Source: Bdellovibrionales bacterium RIFOXYD12_FULL_39_22
Lineage (GTDB): Bacteria; Bdellovibrionota; Bacteriovoracia; Bacteriovoracales; Bacteriovoracaceae
Reading direction: 5' to 3'
Assembly (NCBI GenBank): GCA_001770205.1
Contig: MEQL01000008.1
Span: 1 to 57,390 of the forward strand
Length of the DNA: 57,390 nucleotides
Shown here piece after piece: positions 29,983 through 40,000 of this stretch. A program made the position numbers and the translations under genes. The number at the start of each line of letters is the position of its first letter. The stretch's first letter is position 1. The notes beneath the pieces were generated by a model. The model had not been told where the DNA came from, did no database searches, and saw nothing but the letters and a program-made list of their open reading frames with translations.

Positions 29983-30795
29983 ATGAGTAAAAAAAAATGT
30001 TATGTGGTTTATCATGGTAGCTGCCCAGATGGTTTTGGGGCGGCCTGGGCGTTTTGGCAAAACTTAAAAGATGATGCGACATATATTGCGTCCTTTCACG
30101 GTAAACCCGCTCCTGATTTTGCCCCTAACTCAAAAATCTATATCGTCGATTTTTCTTATGATAAAAAAACACTATTAACGCTAGCACAGCAGAACGAAGT
30201 AGTTCTGCTAGATCATCATAAAACGGCACAGGCCGATTTAGAAGGACTCCCCTTTGCCACCTTTGATATGAATAAGTCTGGTGCAGTATTGGCCTGGGAA
30301 TATCTCCACCCAGAAAAAAAACTTCCTCTTTTGTTACAATATGTACAAGATCGTGACCTCTGGCAATTTAAACTACCCTACTCAAAAGAGCTGCATGTCT
30401 ATATTGGAACGGCCAAATATGATTTTGCTGACTGGGAACGTTTATATCAAGAATTTGAGTTCGCGCTAGATGACGCCATAGAGAAGGGGAAGTTACTCTT
30501 AGCTTACGATCAGCAAAATGTTGATTCTATTTGTCGTCAGGCCAAACTTGTAGATTTTGAAGGATACCAAGTTCCCTCGGTTAACACTCCTTTGTTAAAT
30601 TCAGATGTAGGTAATAAACTTCTAGAACTCTATCCTGCCGCTAAATTCTCTATTACCTGGTATATGGATCGAGATAGCGAGATAAAAATTTCACTGCGCT
30701 CTAATAGCGATTTTGATGTCTCGGCCATTGCAAAAAAATATGGAGGCGGTGGCCATTTTTCAGCGGCCGGTTGTCGCGTAAACAAGATCCCCTAA
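29983..30795 (+). CDS. DHH/DHHA1 phosphoesterase (nanoRNase-like)
   Basis: YHGSCPDG, DFS, LDHH, SLRS, GGGGH..AAG. Confidence 0.9.
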   Translation: MSKKKCYVVYHGSCPDGFGAAWAFWQNLKDDATYIASFHGKPAPDFAPNSKIYIVDFSYDKKTLLTLAQQNEVVLLDHHKTAQADLEGLPFATFDMNKSGAVLAWEYLHPEKKLPLLLQYVQDRDLWQFKLPYSKELHVYIGTAKYDFADWERLYQEFEFALDDAIEKGKLLLAYDQQNVDSICRQAKLVDFEGYQVPSVNTPLLNSDVGNKLLELYPAAKFSITWYMDRDSEIKISLRSNSDFDVSAIAKKYGGGGHFSAAGCRVNKIP

Positions 30796-30897
30796 AAAAA
30801 TGGGCCACAAATTTCTCTGATCATTTGCTAAATTTTAAAAATTGTATTACAAATTTGATATATTTTTTTATTAACTATAAACTAATTGAGAAAATCA

Positions 30898-31764
30898 ATG
30901 GCCACAATGCGAACAAAATATGCACAGTGTGAATTTGGTGCCATGGCGTATTGGGATAATAAGTTAGATAATGATGCTCCGGCCCTATTATTTCTCCACG
31001 GCATCTCTTCCTCTAAGTCGGTATATCAAAAACAGATGGAATCTTCTCTATTGGCCAATCGTTTTCGACTAGTGGCCTGCGATCTTCCTGGACACGGAGA
31101 ATCGGATTGGGCCGAATCTGATAAAAATGCCTACACCATGCTCTTTTACACTAAAGCGTTACTAGAATTTTTAGAAGAGCTGGCATGCAAAAAAATTATT
31201 TTGATTGGCCATAATCTGGCAGGACACATTATTGCAGAGGCCCTTTCTAAGCTTACCGCCCATACCAAGATCAAGGCCATCATCATTACGGGCATGGCAC
31301 CCATTGGCCGGCCTACCCCGATGATCGCCGATGCCTTTTTGCCTATGGAAAAAGAGGGCCCTAACCACTTACCAATTTTTATGAATGGCCCTATTACCAA
31401 AGAACAGTTAGAAATCTGGTCACACCATGTCTTTGCTGGAAGCAATCTTTCAACATATCAACAAAGCTTTATCAGTGATGTTAAAAAAAGCGACCCCAAA
31501 GCGCGAGTACGTTTTGGCCAAGAATGGAGTAGCAGTAGACTTAGTGATGAAGTAAAAATTTTTCAAAAGTCTAACATCCCCTTGCTTTTCATACAAGGAA
31601 CAGAAGATTCTCTTATCAATCCGCAAATTACCTCCTCCTTCAAATTACATAATATGTGGAAAGATAAAATTGAAACAATCGCTTCATGCGGACATACTCC
31701 TCATCTTGAATCTTCTGAGGAATTTAATAGTTTAATCGCCCAATTTGTTGTAGATATTTCTTAA
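30898..31764 (+). CDS. Alpha/beta-fold hydrolase with Asn at the nucleophile position
   Basis: FLHG, DLPGHGES, GHNLAG in place of GxSxG, GTED, GHTPH. Confidence 0.85.
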   Translation: MATMRTKYAQCEFGAMAYWDNKLDNDAPALLFLHGISSSKSVYQKQMESSLLANRFRLVACDLPGHGESDWAESDKNAYTMLFYTKALLEFLEELACKKIILIGHNLAGHIIAEALSKLTAHTKIKAIIITGMAPIGRPTPMIADAFLPMEKEGPNHLPIFMNGPITKEQLEIWSHHVFAGSNLSTYQQSFISDVKKSDPKARVRFGQEWSSSRLSDEVKIFQKSNIPLLFIQGTEDSLINPQITSSFKLHNMWKDKIETIASCGHTPHLESSEEFNSLIAQFVVDIS

Positions 31765-31793
31765 ATTATAAACGGACAACAAGAGGGGGATGT

Positions 31794-32870
31794 ATGAATT
31801 TCTTAGATAGAGAATTTTTTAACTTCCACAGCAATAAAAGCATTGAAGAGCGGGCCGCGATCTTTAACCGCCACGGCCGCATTTTCGACATGATTTTCTC
31901 TCAACAATTCAATCGTCCCACGCTAGAGCGTCTTTTTGAAATAACCAATGCCCTTCGTCACATCTCTAAGTCTAAAGAGGGATGTGATTTTTTGAAAGGA
32001 CTTCTCTCACATAAAAAGGCCATGCTCTATTTCGCCCAACCCTCTTCTCGAACCTTTTTATCCTTCCAGAATGCTTGTCATATTTTAGGAATGGCCACCT
32101 CTGAGATTCGTGATACTAGCGTCTCTTCAGAAGTTAAGGGCGAAAGTTTTGATGATGGCCTACGTACTTTTTCTTCCTATGCTGATCTAATTATTATGCG
32201 TCATAAGCAGGCCAACTCCGCAGAGCGAGCTGCATGGCTGCTAAACAGCTACTCCAAACGGCCAGTACCGATTTTAAACGGCGGAGCAGGCAGTGATCAA
32301 CATCCGACTCAAGCACTTTTGGACATCTATACGTTACATAAATCTTTTGAAAAAAGCGGTGGCATAGATGGTAAAACAGTGCTCTTTTGCGGGGATCTCA
32401 AGCGAGGAAGAACTGTCCGCTCATTGGCCTATTTGTTGAAAAATTTTGAAAATATTAAAATGATTTTTGCTGCACCTAAATTTTTTCAAATGAATGAGGA
32501 CGTGTTGCAATTTTTAGAAAACCACAACATGCCATACACCATAGAGACTGAGTCATTAAAAAATGTTCTAGGACAGGCCGATGCTATTTATATGACGCGA
32601 ATTCAAGATGAGCATGACACGGCAACTGGAGAGTCTGCCTGCGTAGATATTGAGCAGTTTAAACTTAAAATTGCCGACATGAATTTTGTAAAACCTAACG
32701 CAGCAATTATGCATCCCTTTCCACGCCGCGATGAAATCGATGTAGAAATTGACTCTGATCCTCGTGCCAAATATTGGCGACAAGAACGCAATGGAATGTG
32801 GACGAGGGCCGCCCTTATCGCCTACGTTTTTGAAGTGGAAAATAAAATTTTAAATCACACTACTACTTGA
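31794..32870 (+). CDS. pyrB: Aspartate carbamoyltransferase catalytic subunit
   Basis: PSSRT, SS..KGES, HPTQALLD, GDLKRGRTVRSL, YMTRIQ, MHPFPR. Confidence 0.88.
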   Translation: MNFLDREFFNFHSNKSIEERAAIFNRHGRIFDMIFSQQFNRPTLERLFEITNALRHISKSKEGCDFLKGLLSHKKAMLYFAQPSSRTFLSFQNACHILGMATSEIRDTSVSSEVKGESFDDGLRTFSSYADLIIMRHKQANSAERAAWLLNSYSKRPVPILNGGAGSDQHPTQALLDIYTLHKSFEKSGGIDGKTVLFCGDLKRGRTVRSLAYLLKNFENIKMIFAAPKFFQMNEDVLQFLENHNMPYTIETESLKNVLGQADAIYMTRIQDEHDTATGESACVDIEQFKLKIADMNFVKPNAAIMHPFPRRDEIDVEIDSDPRAKYWRQERNGMWTRAALIAYVFEVENKILNHTTT

Positions 32871-35800
32871 TGAATCAAAATCTACTACTCCATCAAATTT
32901 TTGAGGCCACTGCAAAAAAATATCCGCAGCAGATAGCGTTAGATATTCCCCCTCTCTCCACTCGTCCACGCATCTGTCTTACCTATAAGGAACTCGATCG
33001 CATGGCCAATTATTTGGCCGGCCAAATTGCCCCATTTGTGAAAGCAAATAGTGAAACGGTAATCGCACTTTTACTTGAACGCAATTCGCACCACCTTTTT
33101 GTAGCACAACTGGCGGCCTTAAAGGCCGGGGCGGCATATTGCTCTATTGATAGTTCTTTTCCTGCTGAGCGGATTAGCTTTATTTTGGACGATTCTAAAA
33201 CACCTCTCATCTTGACTACTGAGTCTCTTCGACAATTACTACCTAATGGTTATCACACCATAGATGTGGCAAATGCTTTAACAAATATTGCAAATGATAA
33301 AACTTATGACTTTGTAACACCGACATGGGTTCTTGCGAATAATTTGGCATATATTATCTACACTTCTGGTACCACCGGAAAACCCAAAGGCGTGGCCTGC
33401 GAACATCGCAATATTGTAAATCTTATACAGGCCGATGTAGATTATTTTAAACTATCTTCATCAGAGAGAATTTCTCAAAACTCTTCTACCTCCTATGATT
33501 CTTCACTAGAAGAAATATGGATGGCCTGGGCCATTGGGGCCACGGTGGTAGTGGCCACCGATGAAATTGTTCGTTCTGGCCCTGATTTCGGTGCCTGGCT
33601 TAAAAAAGAAAAAATTACCGTTATCTGTCCACCTCCCACTCTTTTAAAAATGAAAGTGGCCACAAATCCTAAAGTGGATTTGCCCGATTTAAAACTAGTG
33701 TACGTTGGAGGTGAAGCGCTTCCACGAGAAATTGCCGATCTGTGGGGAAGGGATCTTTGGCTAGAAAATGGTTATGGCCCCACCGAATGTACGGTTACTG
33801 TAACTCGCACCAGAATTTTTCCTCAGCAGGCCATCTCTATTGGCCGGCCGGTAAAAAATAACTTTGCCTTAATTTTAGATGAAAAATTAAATGAGTTAAA
33901 AATTGGAGAGATCGGAGAACTTTGTATCGGCGGAGCACAACTAACTCGCGGTTATCTACATCGACCGGAACTTACTAACGAGAAATTTATAACTCATCCC
34001 CTCCATGGCCGAATTTATCGCACCGGAGATTTGGCCTCTAAAAATGCTGATGATGAGATCTTTTATCATGGCCGCGCTGATTCACAAGTTAAGTTACGCG
34101 GATATCGTATCGAACTAGGTGATATTGAATCAGCTATTTCTACTTGTGAAAATGTTGCTGCCGCTGCCTGCAAAGTGCAAGAGAGCAGGGCCGGACAGCG
34201 TTTGATTGCCTATTTGGTGTCAAAAGATAATTGCGCCGTTGATTTGGAAAAGATCAAAAGCACTCTTGAAAAAAACCTTCCCAAATATATGATCCCCTCT
34301 CTCTTTATGCAACTGTCTAAACTTCCACTTTTGGCCACTAGCGGTAAACTCGATCGCAAGGCCCTTCCCGATCCAGAAGAAAATACGAATTTAGTAGATA
34401 GAAAAATAATCGCGCCATCCAATGAAATAGAGACAATTATTTTGCAAGCATGGCAGGCAACTCTTTTGTCCCAGACCAAAATTTCTACCTATGATAATTT
34501 TTTTGAAATTGGTGGTGATTCTCTAGGAGCGGCAATTACTATTTCTCATCTGCGCAAAAATCCTCAAACTTCCTCTATCACCGTACGCGATCTCTATCAA
34601 CATCCAACAATTGCGGCGCTAGCGGCCTCGGCAATCTTAAACTCCTCACCTTCCGATCATTCTAACTTGCCCCCTTTTGATTTTTCTGTCAAAAAAGATG
34701 AAAGTAGTGATTGGGCATTGCTTGTTACCGTTGCCCAAATTGCCTGGATTTTGGCCGGTATTATGATGGCCGCCATCGTTGGCCACTTTTTTTTAATTTA
34801 TCTTTTTCCCATCATGCTGGCCAAGCTGGGGGCCGTCTTGTTATTTTTCTTAATACCACTGATGGCGCCACCGCTGTTTTTATTATATGCTACTTCTTCA
34901 ATCTTGTTTGCGATCGTTATCAAAAAACTTTTGATTGGGAAATATCGCTCTGGAAAACATCCCGTTTGGGGACTTTTCTATTTGCGCCACTGGATTGTTC
35001 AACAAAGCGTAAAATTAGTTCCAATAGGCACTTTCGAAGGGACAGAACTTCTAAATTTCTTTCTGCGCATGATGGGTGCCAAAATTGGCAAGAATGTTTT
35101 TTTTGCCAAAGGGGCCGATGTTATCCTCGGTGCCTGGGACTTACTAGAAATTGGAAACAATGTTTCTATAGGTAGAGATGCGGCAGTTCGCACCGTTAGT
35201 TTTAACAATGGCTCAATGTTGTTTGGGAAGGTAAAAATTGGCAACAACTGCACTATTGAAACACGGGCATCTATTTCGCTTGATTGTCACATGGAAGATG
35301 ACTCCTATCTCACTCATCTTTCCATGATTCCGCCAGGAACCACCCTTTTACGAGGAGAAAAATGGGAAGGGGTTCCCGCAAAAAGAATTGGTCTAGCACC
35401 TCCAGCACAAGTGGCCACTGATTATGATCATGAAATGTCTGCCTGTCGTTATGCGTGGGCAATGATTTTGGCCCGAGCAATTATGAGTTTAATCACCTCT
35501 CTTCCTGTCAGTTTTAGTGTACTAGGCATAATGCTCTACTTTAATATAAATACCGAGGTAGTCACTCGCTGGTTTACCTCCAGTAAACTAGATGATATTT
35601 ATCTCTTTGAACTTTCTACACTAGCAGTATTGGCCAGTTTGTTAGCACTCCCCATGCAAGCTCTCTACTCAAGACTTTTGGGCAAAATTATCCCCGGTAA
35701 TTACTCTCTACATGGAACAACTTTTATAAAAATATGGCTAAAAGATCGTTTAGTGGAATTGGCCGGCAATCGTTTGAGTGGTGCACTTTACTGGCCCTAT

Positions 35801-36889
35801 TGGTTGCGACTGGCCGGAATGAAGGTGGGCAAAAATTGTGAGATAAGCACCATCATCGATGTTACTCCTGAATTAATTGATATTGGAGACGAAGTTTTCT
35901 TTGCTGACGGAATCTACTTAGGAGGCCCCACTATTCATCGCGGGGTTGCGACTATTGATGAGGTGCACTTAAGCAAAAATAGTTTCATCGGCAATCACGC
36001 TATTATTCCTTCTGGAACCAAGTTACCCTCAGATATTTTACTTGGAATTTGTACAGTGGCAGATGAAGAAAAAGTAAAACAGGGAACCTCATGGTTTGGC
36101 CACCCATCTTTTGAATTACCTCGCCGTGAAGTGGTACAGTGCGATCGCAGCTTGACTCATCGGCCCTCGTGGGATCGATTTATAACTCGCCTTTTCTGGG
36201 AAACGCTACGATTTTTTTTACCGGTAATCCCAACACTAACTTTTATTTTATGGAGTAAGTTGGCCTATCACTTTTCCACCACTCAATCGAGCATTATCTA
36301 TTTTTCATCTACCTTACATCTTATCACCATCGGATTATTTACCTTTATGGCCTCCTTAATCTTTGTCCTTAAATGGGTTTTACTGGGCAAAGTTCGTCCT
36401 GGCCAACATCCACTCTGGTCTTGCTGGTGCTCTCGTTGGGATTTTCTTTACGTCGCATGGGCGGCCTATGCTCAAAGAATTTTAGTATTTTTCGAAGGAA
36501 CATTGTTGCTCTCTTGGTGGTTGCGAGCGATGGGTGCCACCGTAGGCAAACGAGTTATTTTGGGTGCAGGATTTGCCCAGGTAGTTGATCCCGATATGTT
36601 AAATTTTGAAGATTACGCAACTGTACTCTGTATGTTTCAGGCCCATACCTTCGAAGACCGTGTTTTAAAAATTGCCCCCATCCATATCAAGGCGGGCAGT
36701 TCACTTGGCAATGCCTCGGTATTATTGTATGGCGCAGAAATTGGCCAACAGGCACATGTCTGCGACAATAGTGTAGTAATGAAGCATGAGTATTTAGTTC
36801 CAGGCCAAAGATACATAGGCTGCCCCACGCAGAATGTAAAAAAAATAGACGGCCAATATTTTTACGCCAACAGCAGTGGGCAGCAATAG
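32870..36889 (+). CDS. Single-module membrane NRPS-like enzyme, Pls/PosA type (A-T-TM/hexapeptide repeats)
   Basis: A-domain YTSGTTGKPKG, YGPTE, RTGD, QVKLRGYRIE, SGKLDR; PCP GGDSL; three TM + GAKIG/GMKVG/GATVG repeat units; HTFEDRVLK; no canonical C or TE domain. Confidence 0.93.
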   Translation: MNQNLLLHQIFEATAKKYPQQIALDIPPLSTRPRICLTYKELDRMANYLAGQIAPFVKANSETVIALLLERNSHHLFVAQLAALKAGAAYCSIDSSFPAERISFILDDSKTPLILTTESLRQLLPNGYHTIDVANALTNIANDKTYDFVTPTWVLANNLAYIIYTSGTTGKPKGVACEHRNIVNLIQADVDYFKLSSSERISQNSSTSYDSSLEEIWMAWAIGATVVVATDEIVRSGPDFGAWLKKEKITVICPPPTLLKMKVATNPKVDLPDLKLVYVGGEALPREIADLWGRDLWLENGYGPTECTVTVTRTRIFPQQAISIGRPVKNNFALILDEKLNELKIGEIGELCIGGAQLTRGYLHRPELTNEKFITHPLHGRIYRTGDLASKNADDEIFYHGRADSQVKLRGYRIELGDIESAISTCENVAAAACKVQESRAGQRLIAYLVSKDNCAVDLEKIKSTLEKNLPKYMIPSLFMQLSKLPLLATSGKLDRKALPDPEENTNLVDRKIIAPSNEIETIILQAWQATLLSQTKISTYDNFFEIGGDSLGAAITISHLRKNPQTSSITVRDLYQHPTIAALAASAILNSSPSDHSNLPPFDFSVKKDESSDWALLVTVAQIAWILAGIMMAAIVGHFFLIYLFPIMLAKLGAVLLFFLIPLMAPPLFLLYATSSILFAIVIKKLLIGKYRSGKHPVWGLFYLRHWIVQQSVKLVPIGTFEGTELLNFFLRMMGAKIGKNVFFAKGADVILGAWDLLEIGNNVSIGRDAAVRTVSFNNGSMLFGKVKIGNNCTIETRASISLDCHMEDDSYLTHLSMIPPGTTLLRGEKWEGVPAKRIGLAPPAQVATDYDHEMSACRYAWAMILARAIMSLITSLPVSFSVLGIMLYFNINTEVVTRWFTSSKLDDIYLFELSTLAVLASLLALPMQALYSRLLGKIIPGNYSLHGTTFIKIWLKDRLVELAGNRLSGALYWPYWLRLAGMKVGKNCEISTIIDVTPELIDIGDEVFFADGIYLGGPTIHRGVATIDEVHLSKNSFIGNHAIIPSGTKLPSDILLGICTVADEEKVKQGTSWFGHPSFELPRREVVQCDRSLTHRPSWDRFITRLFWETLRFFLPVIPTLTFILWSKLAYHFSTTQSSIIYFSSTLHLITIGLFTFMASLIFVLKWVLLGKVRPGQHPLWSCWCSRWDFLYVAWAAYAQRILVFFEGTLLLSWWLRAMGATVGKRVILGAGFAQVVDPDMLNFEDYATVLCMFQAHTFEDRVLKIAPIHIKAGSSLGNASVLLYGAEIGQQAHVCDNSVVMKHEYLVPGQRYIGCPTQNVKKIDGQYFYANSSGQQ

Positions 36890-37095
36890 TTATAGGGGAA
36901 CAATTTTTGATGATTAGTCCTCCTTTTTGAAAACAACCTTTTTGCTATCTATCTATCTGAAAAAAGAGTTGCGTCGTAAATAGAAACCTATCGCTTAGCA
37001 GAAGATAAAAAATTAATCAGCGCAGGGTGATATTATATACACATTACCCTAGTATTATCCTCAAGCTAGTAATGGAATGTGACGATAGGTAATAT

Positions 37096-40000
37096 ATGGC
37101 GCGAAGATGTTCAATAATTTTCCTTCAACTACTTTTGCTACTTGCAACGCTTATCTTTGCTGTTAGTTGTAAAGAAGCGGCAAAATACGAGGTGGCGGAA
37201 ATTTTTCCATGGAATGGAGAGGTCGTCTTTTCTGCTCCTCCACCTTCACAAGTCAAGGCCGGAGATGCCATTTTGTCGACAATCACCATTCAAGATGAAA
37301 AAGGCGTTATTATCACTGACTCCGATGACGAACTTATCATTCGCTGTATTGATTCTTCGACGCTGCAAGATCTGGCCATTTGCCAAGGGCCTCGCACAGT
37401 GCGGGCCGCTAGTGGTGTGGTGAAACTTCAATTTATCATCAAAGAAGTAATAAGTGGCGTTTTGCTAGAAGTTACTCCTAGTAAAATGGAAAAAGCAAAA
37501 GTTCTATCAACGCCATTTGATATTGTTCCTAACGATCCCGTTAAGCTAAAATTTATTCAACCTCCTACAGAACAGCAGGCAGATGTTATCTTCAGTCCGG
37601 CCGTCTCAGTTGGTGTCTATGATGCATACGACAATCTCGTGGACGTTGATGACGCTAAAATGAAAATTTCCTTTTCCAGTGATGGCACTCCGGCCGGCTG
37701 CGAAGCGGCCGTAATATCCGGAAGTGAAAAATTGTCAGTAGATGGAATTGCTACTTTTGAGGAATTAAAAATTGATCTGCGCTGTGATGGTTACAAGGTG
37801 TTTGTGCGAGAAATCGAAAACTATCTCTCGGGCCTGGCCATCGATACTAGCACCACCTTCAATATCCCGCACGGTGTACCCGACCACATTAGCTTTTCTG
37901 GCCAACCTGCCGACGAAACGCCCTCTGATCAAGCAATCTCTGGGATCAAAGTTGCTCTTCGAGACTCTGCTGAAAACATCGTCACTTTGTTTTCAGGATC
38001 ATTCACCATGAACATTGATACCGATCCAACAGGGAATTCTATTTTATCAGGAACCAGAGTAAAAAAGGCCACTCGTGGCGAGGCCATTTTTTCTGATCTA
38101 AAAATTGATAATATGGCGGAAGGTTTTAAACTAATTGCCACCGGATATAATGAAACCATGAATGCAGTTAGTGATAGCTTTAACATCATTGCTGGTTCAC
38201 CATATAAGCTAGCATTTGCCAACTCGCCTACCAGTGATGTGCAAGCAGGAAGTGTAATTGCGGAACAAATTGCAGTTAAGATTTTGGATGTAAATGGCAA
38301 TCCGGCCAGTGCTACTAACGCCATCACCATAGCTTTCCCTAATAACACTCCGTCTGGAACTCTTACCTCCACCGCAGTGGCCGGAACGGCCTTCTTCTCT
38401 GGGATTTCACTAACTCGTGCTAGTGCTACTCAAACCATCACTGCCAGCGCAACTGGCCTAGTTTCAAAAACCTCCTCACCTTTTGAAATCTATCACCGCG
38501 CAGGCCCACTACATATTGAATTTTCCACCACCAATTTAGGTACGGCATATTTAGGAAATCCGGTGGCATCTTTTTCTATTCGACTGCATGATCAATATCA
38601 CAATCCGGCCATCTATCTTAACAGCTCCGCCACCGTCTCTCTCATTTCTCAACCTGATCCTCCCCCATCGCAACTTTCGTGGACAACGTCCTTTGTCGAT
38701 GGGGAAGCACGCTTTGGAAATATCTACATTGATAAACCGTTTGAGTATTATACTTTTGCCGCCACTACCACCGAGGCTTCTTCCACTTCTACTTCTGTCA
38801 CTCGTGGGCCTTTACGCATTCGGCCGGGAACTGCCACCAAAATCGCCATCGCCACAGCGCCATCTCCCACGGAAATCGCCGGAGAGACAATATCTTCCAT
38901 TAAGATTGAAGCACGCGACTCTAGCAATTTTTTAAATACAACAACCACAGGAACAATTAACGTGCGTATTAAGGCCGGCACTGGAAATTCTGGAACTTTA
39001 TTAGGGACTACCTCCCGTGCTCTGGCCGGTGGTGCGGCCACTTTTAGTGATTTAAAAATTAATCAGGCCTCTTGGCAAGTTGAAGGTGCCTCCCCATACA
39101 CCTTAGAATTTTACGATTCTGCCACTCTCTACGCGGTAATCAATACTTCTTTGGAGATTAAACACAGTAGCGCAGACCATATAGACTTTATAACCACGGC
39201 CAGTGACATTACCGCTGGAGTAGAAATTTCTCCTCAAATTGCGATCCAGGATCTATATCACAACCTAGTATCAAGCGGTACCTCGGCAACTGCCAACATC
39301 TCGCTGGCACTTGTTAGTAGCACGGCCAGTGCTTCTTTGGAGGGCACGGCCGAAGCAATGGCCAGTGCCGGCCTTGCTAACTTTTTGGGCCAAAATATTA
39401 CCATTTTAAAAAGCGCACTAACCAACACTCTAGTGGCCACTTGCGAGCTTTGTACCAATCACAGCGCCAGCAGTAATAGCTTTAGCGTCTACCCTGCTAC
39501 TGCTAGCAAGATAGTCATCGAATCGGCCATTGGCAGCGCCTATAGTACCCCATCCACTTTCAATAATGCGACTTTGACAGCGGGTGATACGATAACTCTT
39601 TACGCCATCTCTCGCGACAGCAATGATAACTATGTGGCCAGCGTAAATGCTAATTGGGGACTAACTTCTATAAATGGATCATTGAGTACAAGCACTGGAA
39701 CAAGTACCAGTTTTACCGCTAAGTGGTATGGGACTACCACAATTGAAGCAGACTATGGTGCATTGGAAGATAGCACAGGTATTATCAGTGTAAATCCTGG
39801 CGCGGCCACACACGTAACTATTGAAACGGCCCCAGCGGCCAATGGTACGGCCACCAATCCACTGCCGGCCAGCACCACCATGCACTTTGATGATTCGCTG
39901 ACTTTGTATGCTGCGGCCAGAGATAATTTTGAAAACTATGTCTCCTCTTTGTCAGTTAATTGGTCTTTGACAGCTCAAGATGTTGGCGGCCTAAATCCTC

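Noticed and set aside
36890..37095. CTAT x3 microrepeat and weak inverted repeats between the NRPS and the adhesin
   Set aside because: Too short and imperfect to call a terminator, ncRNA or phase-variable tract.
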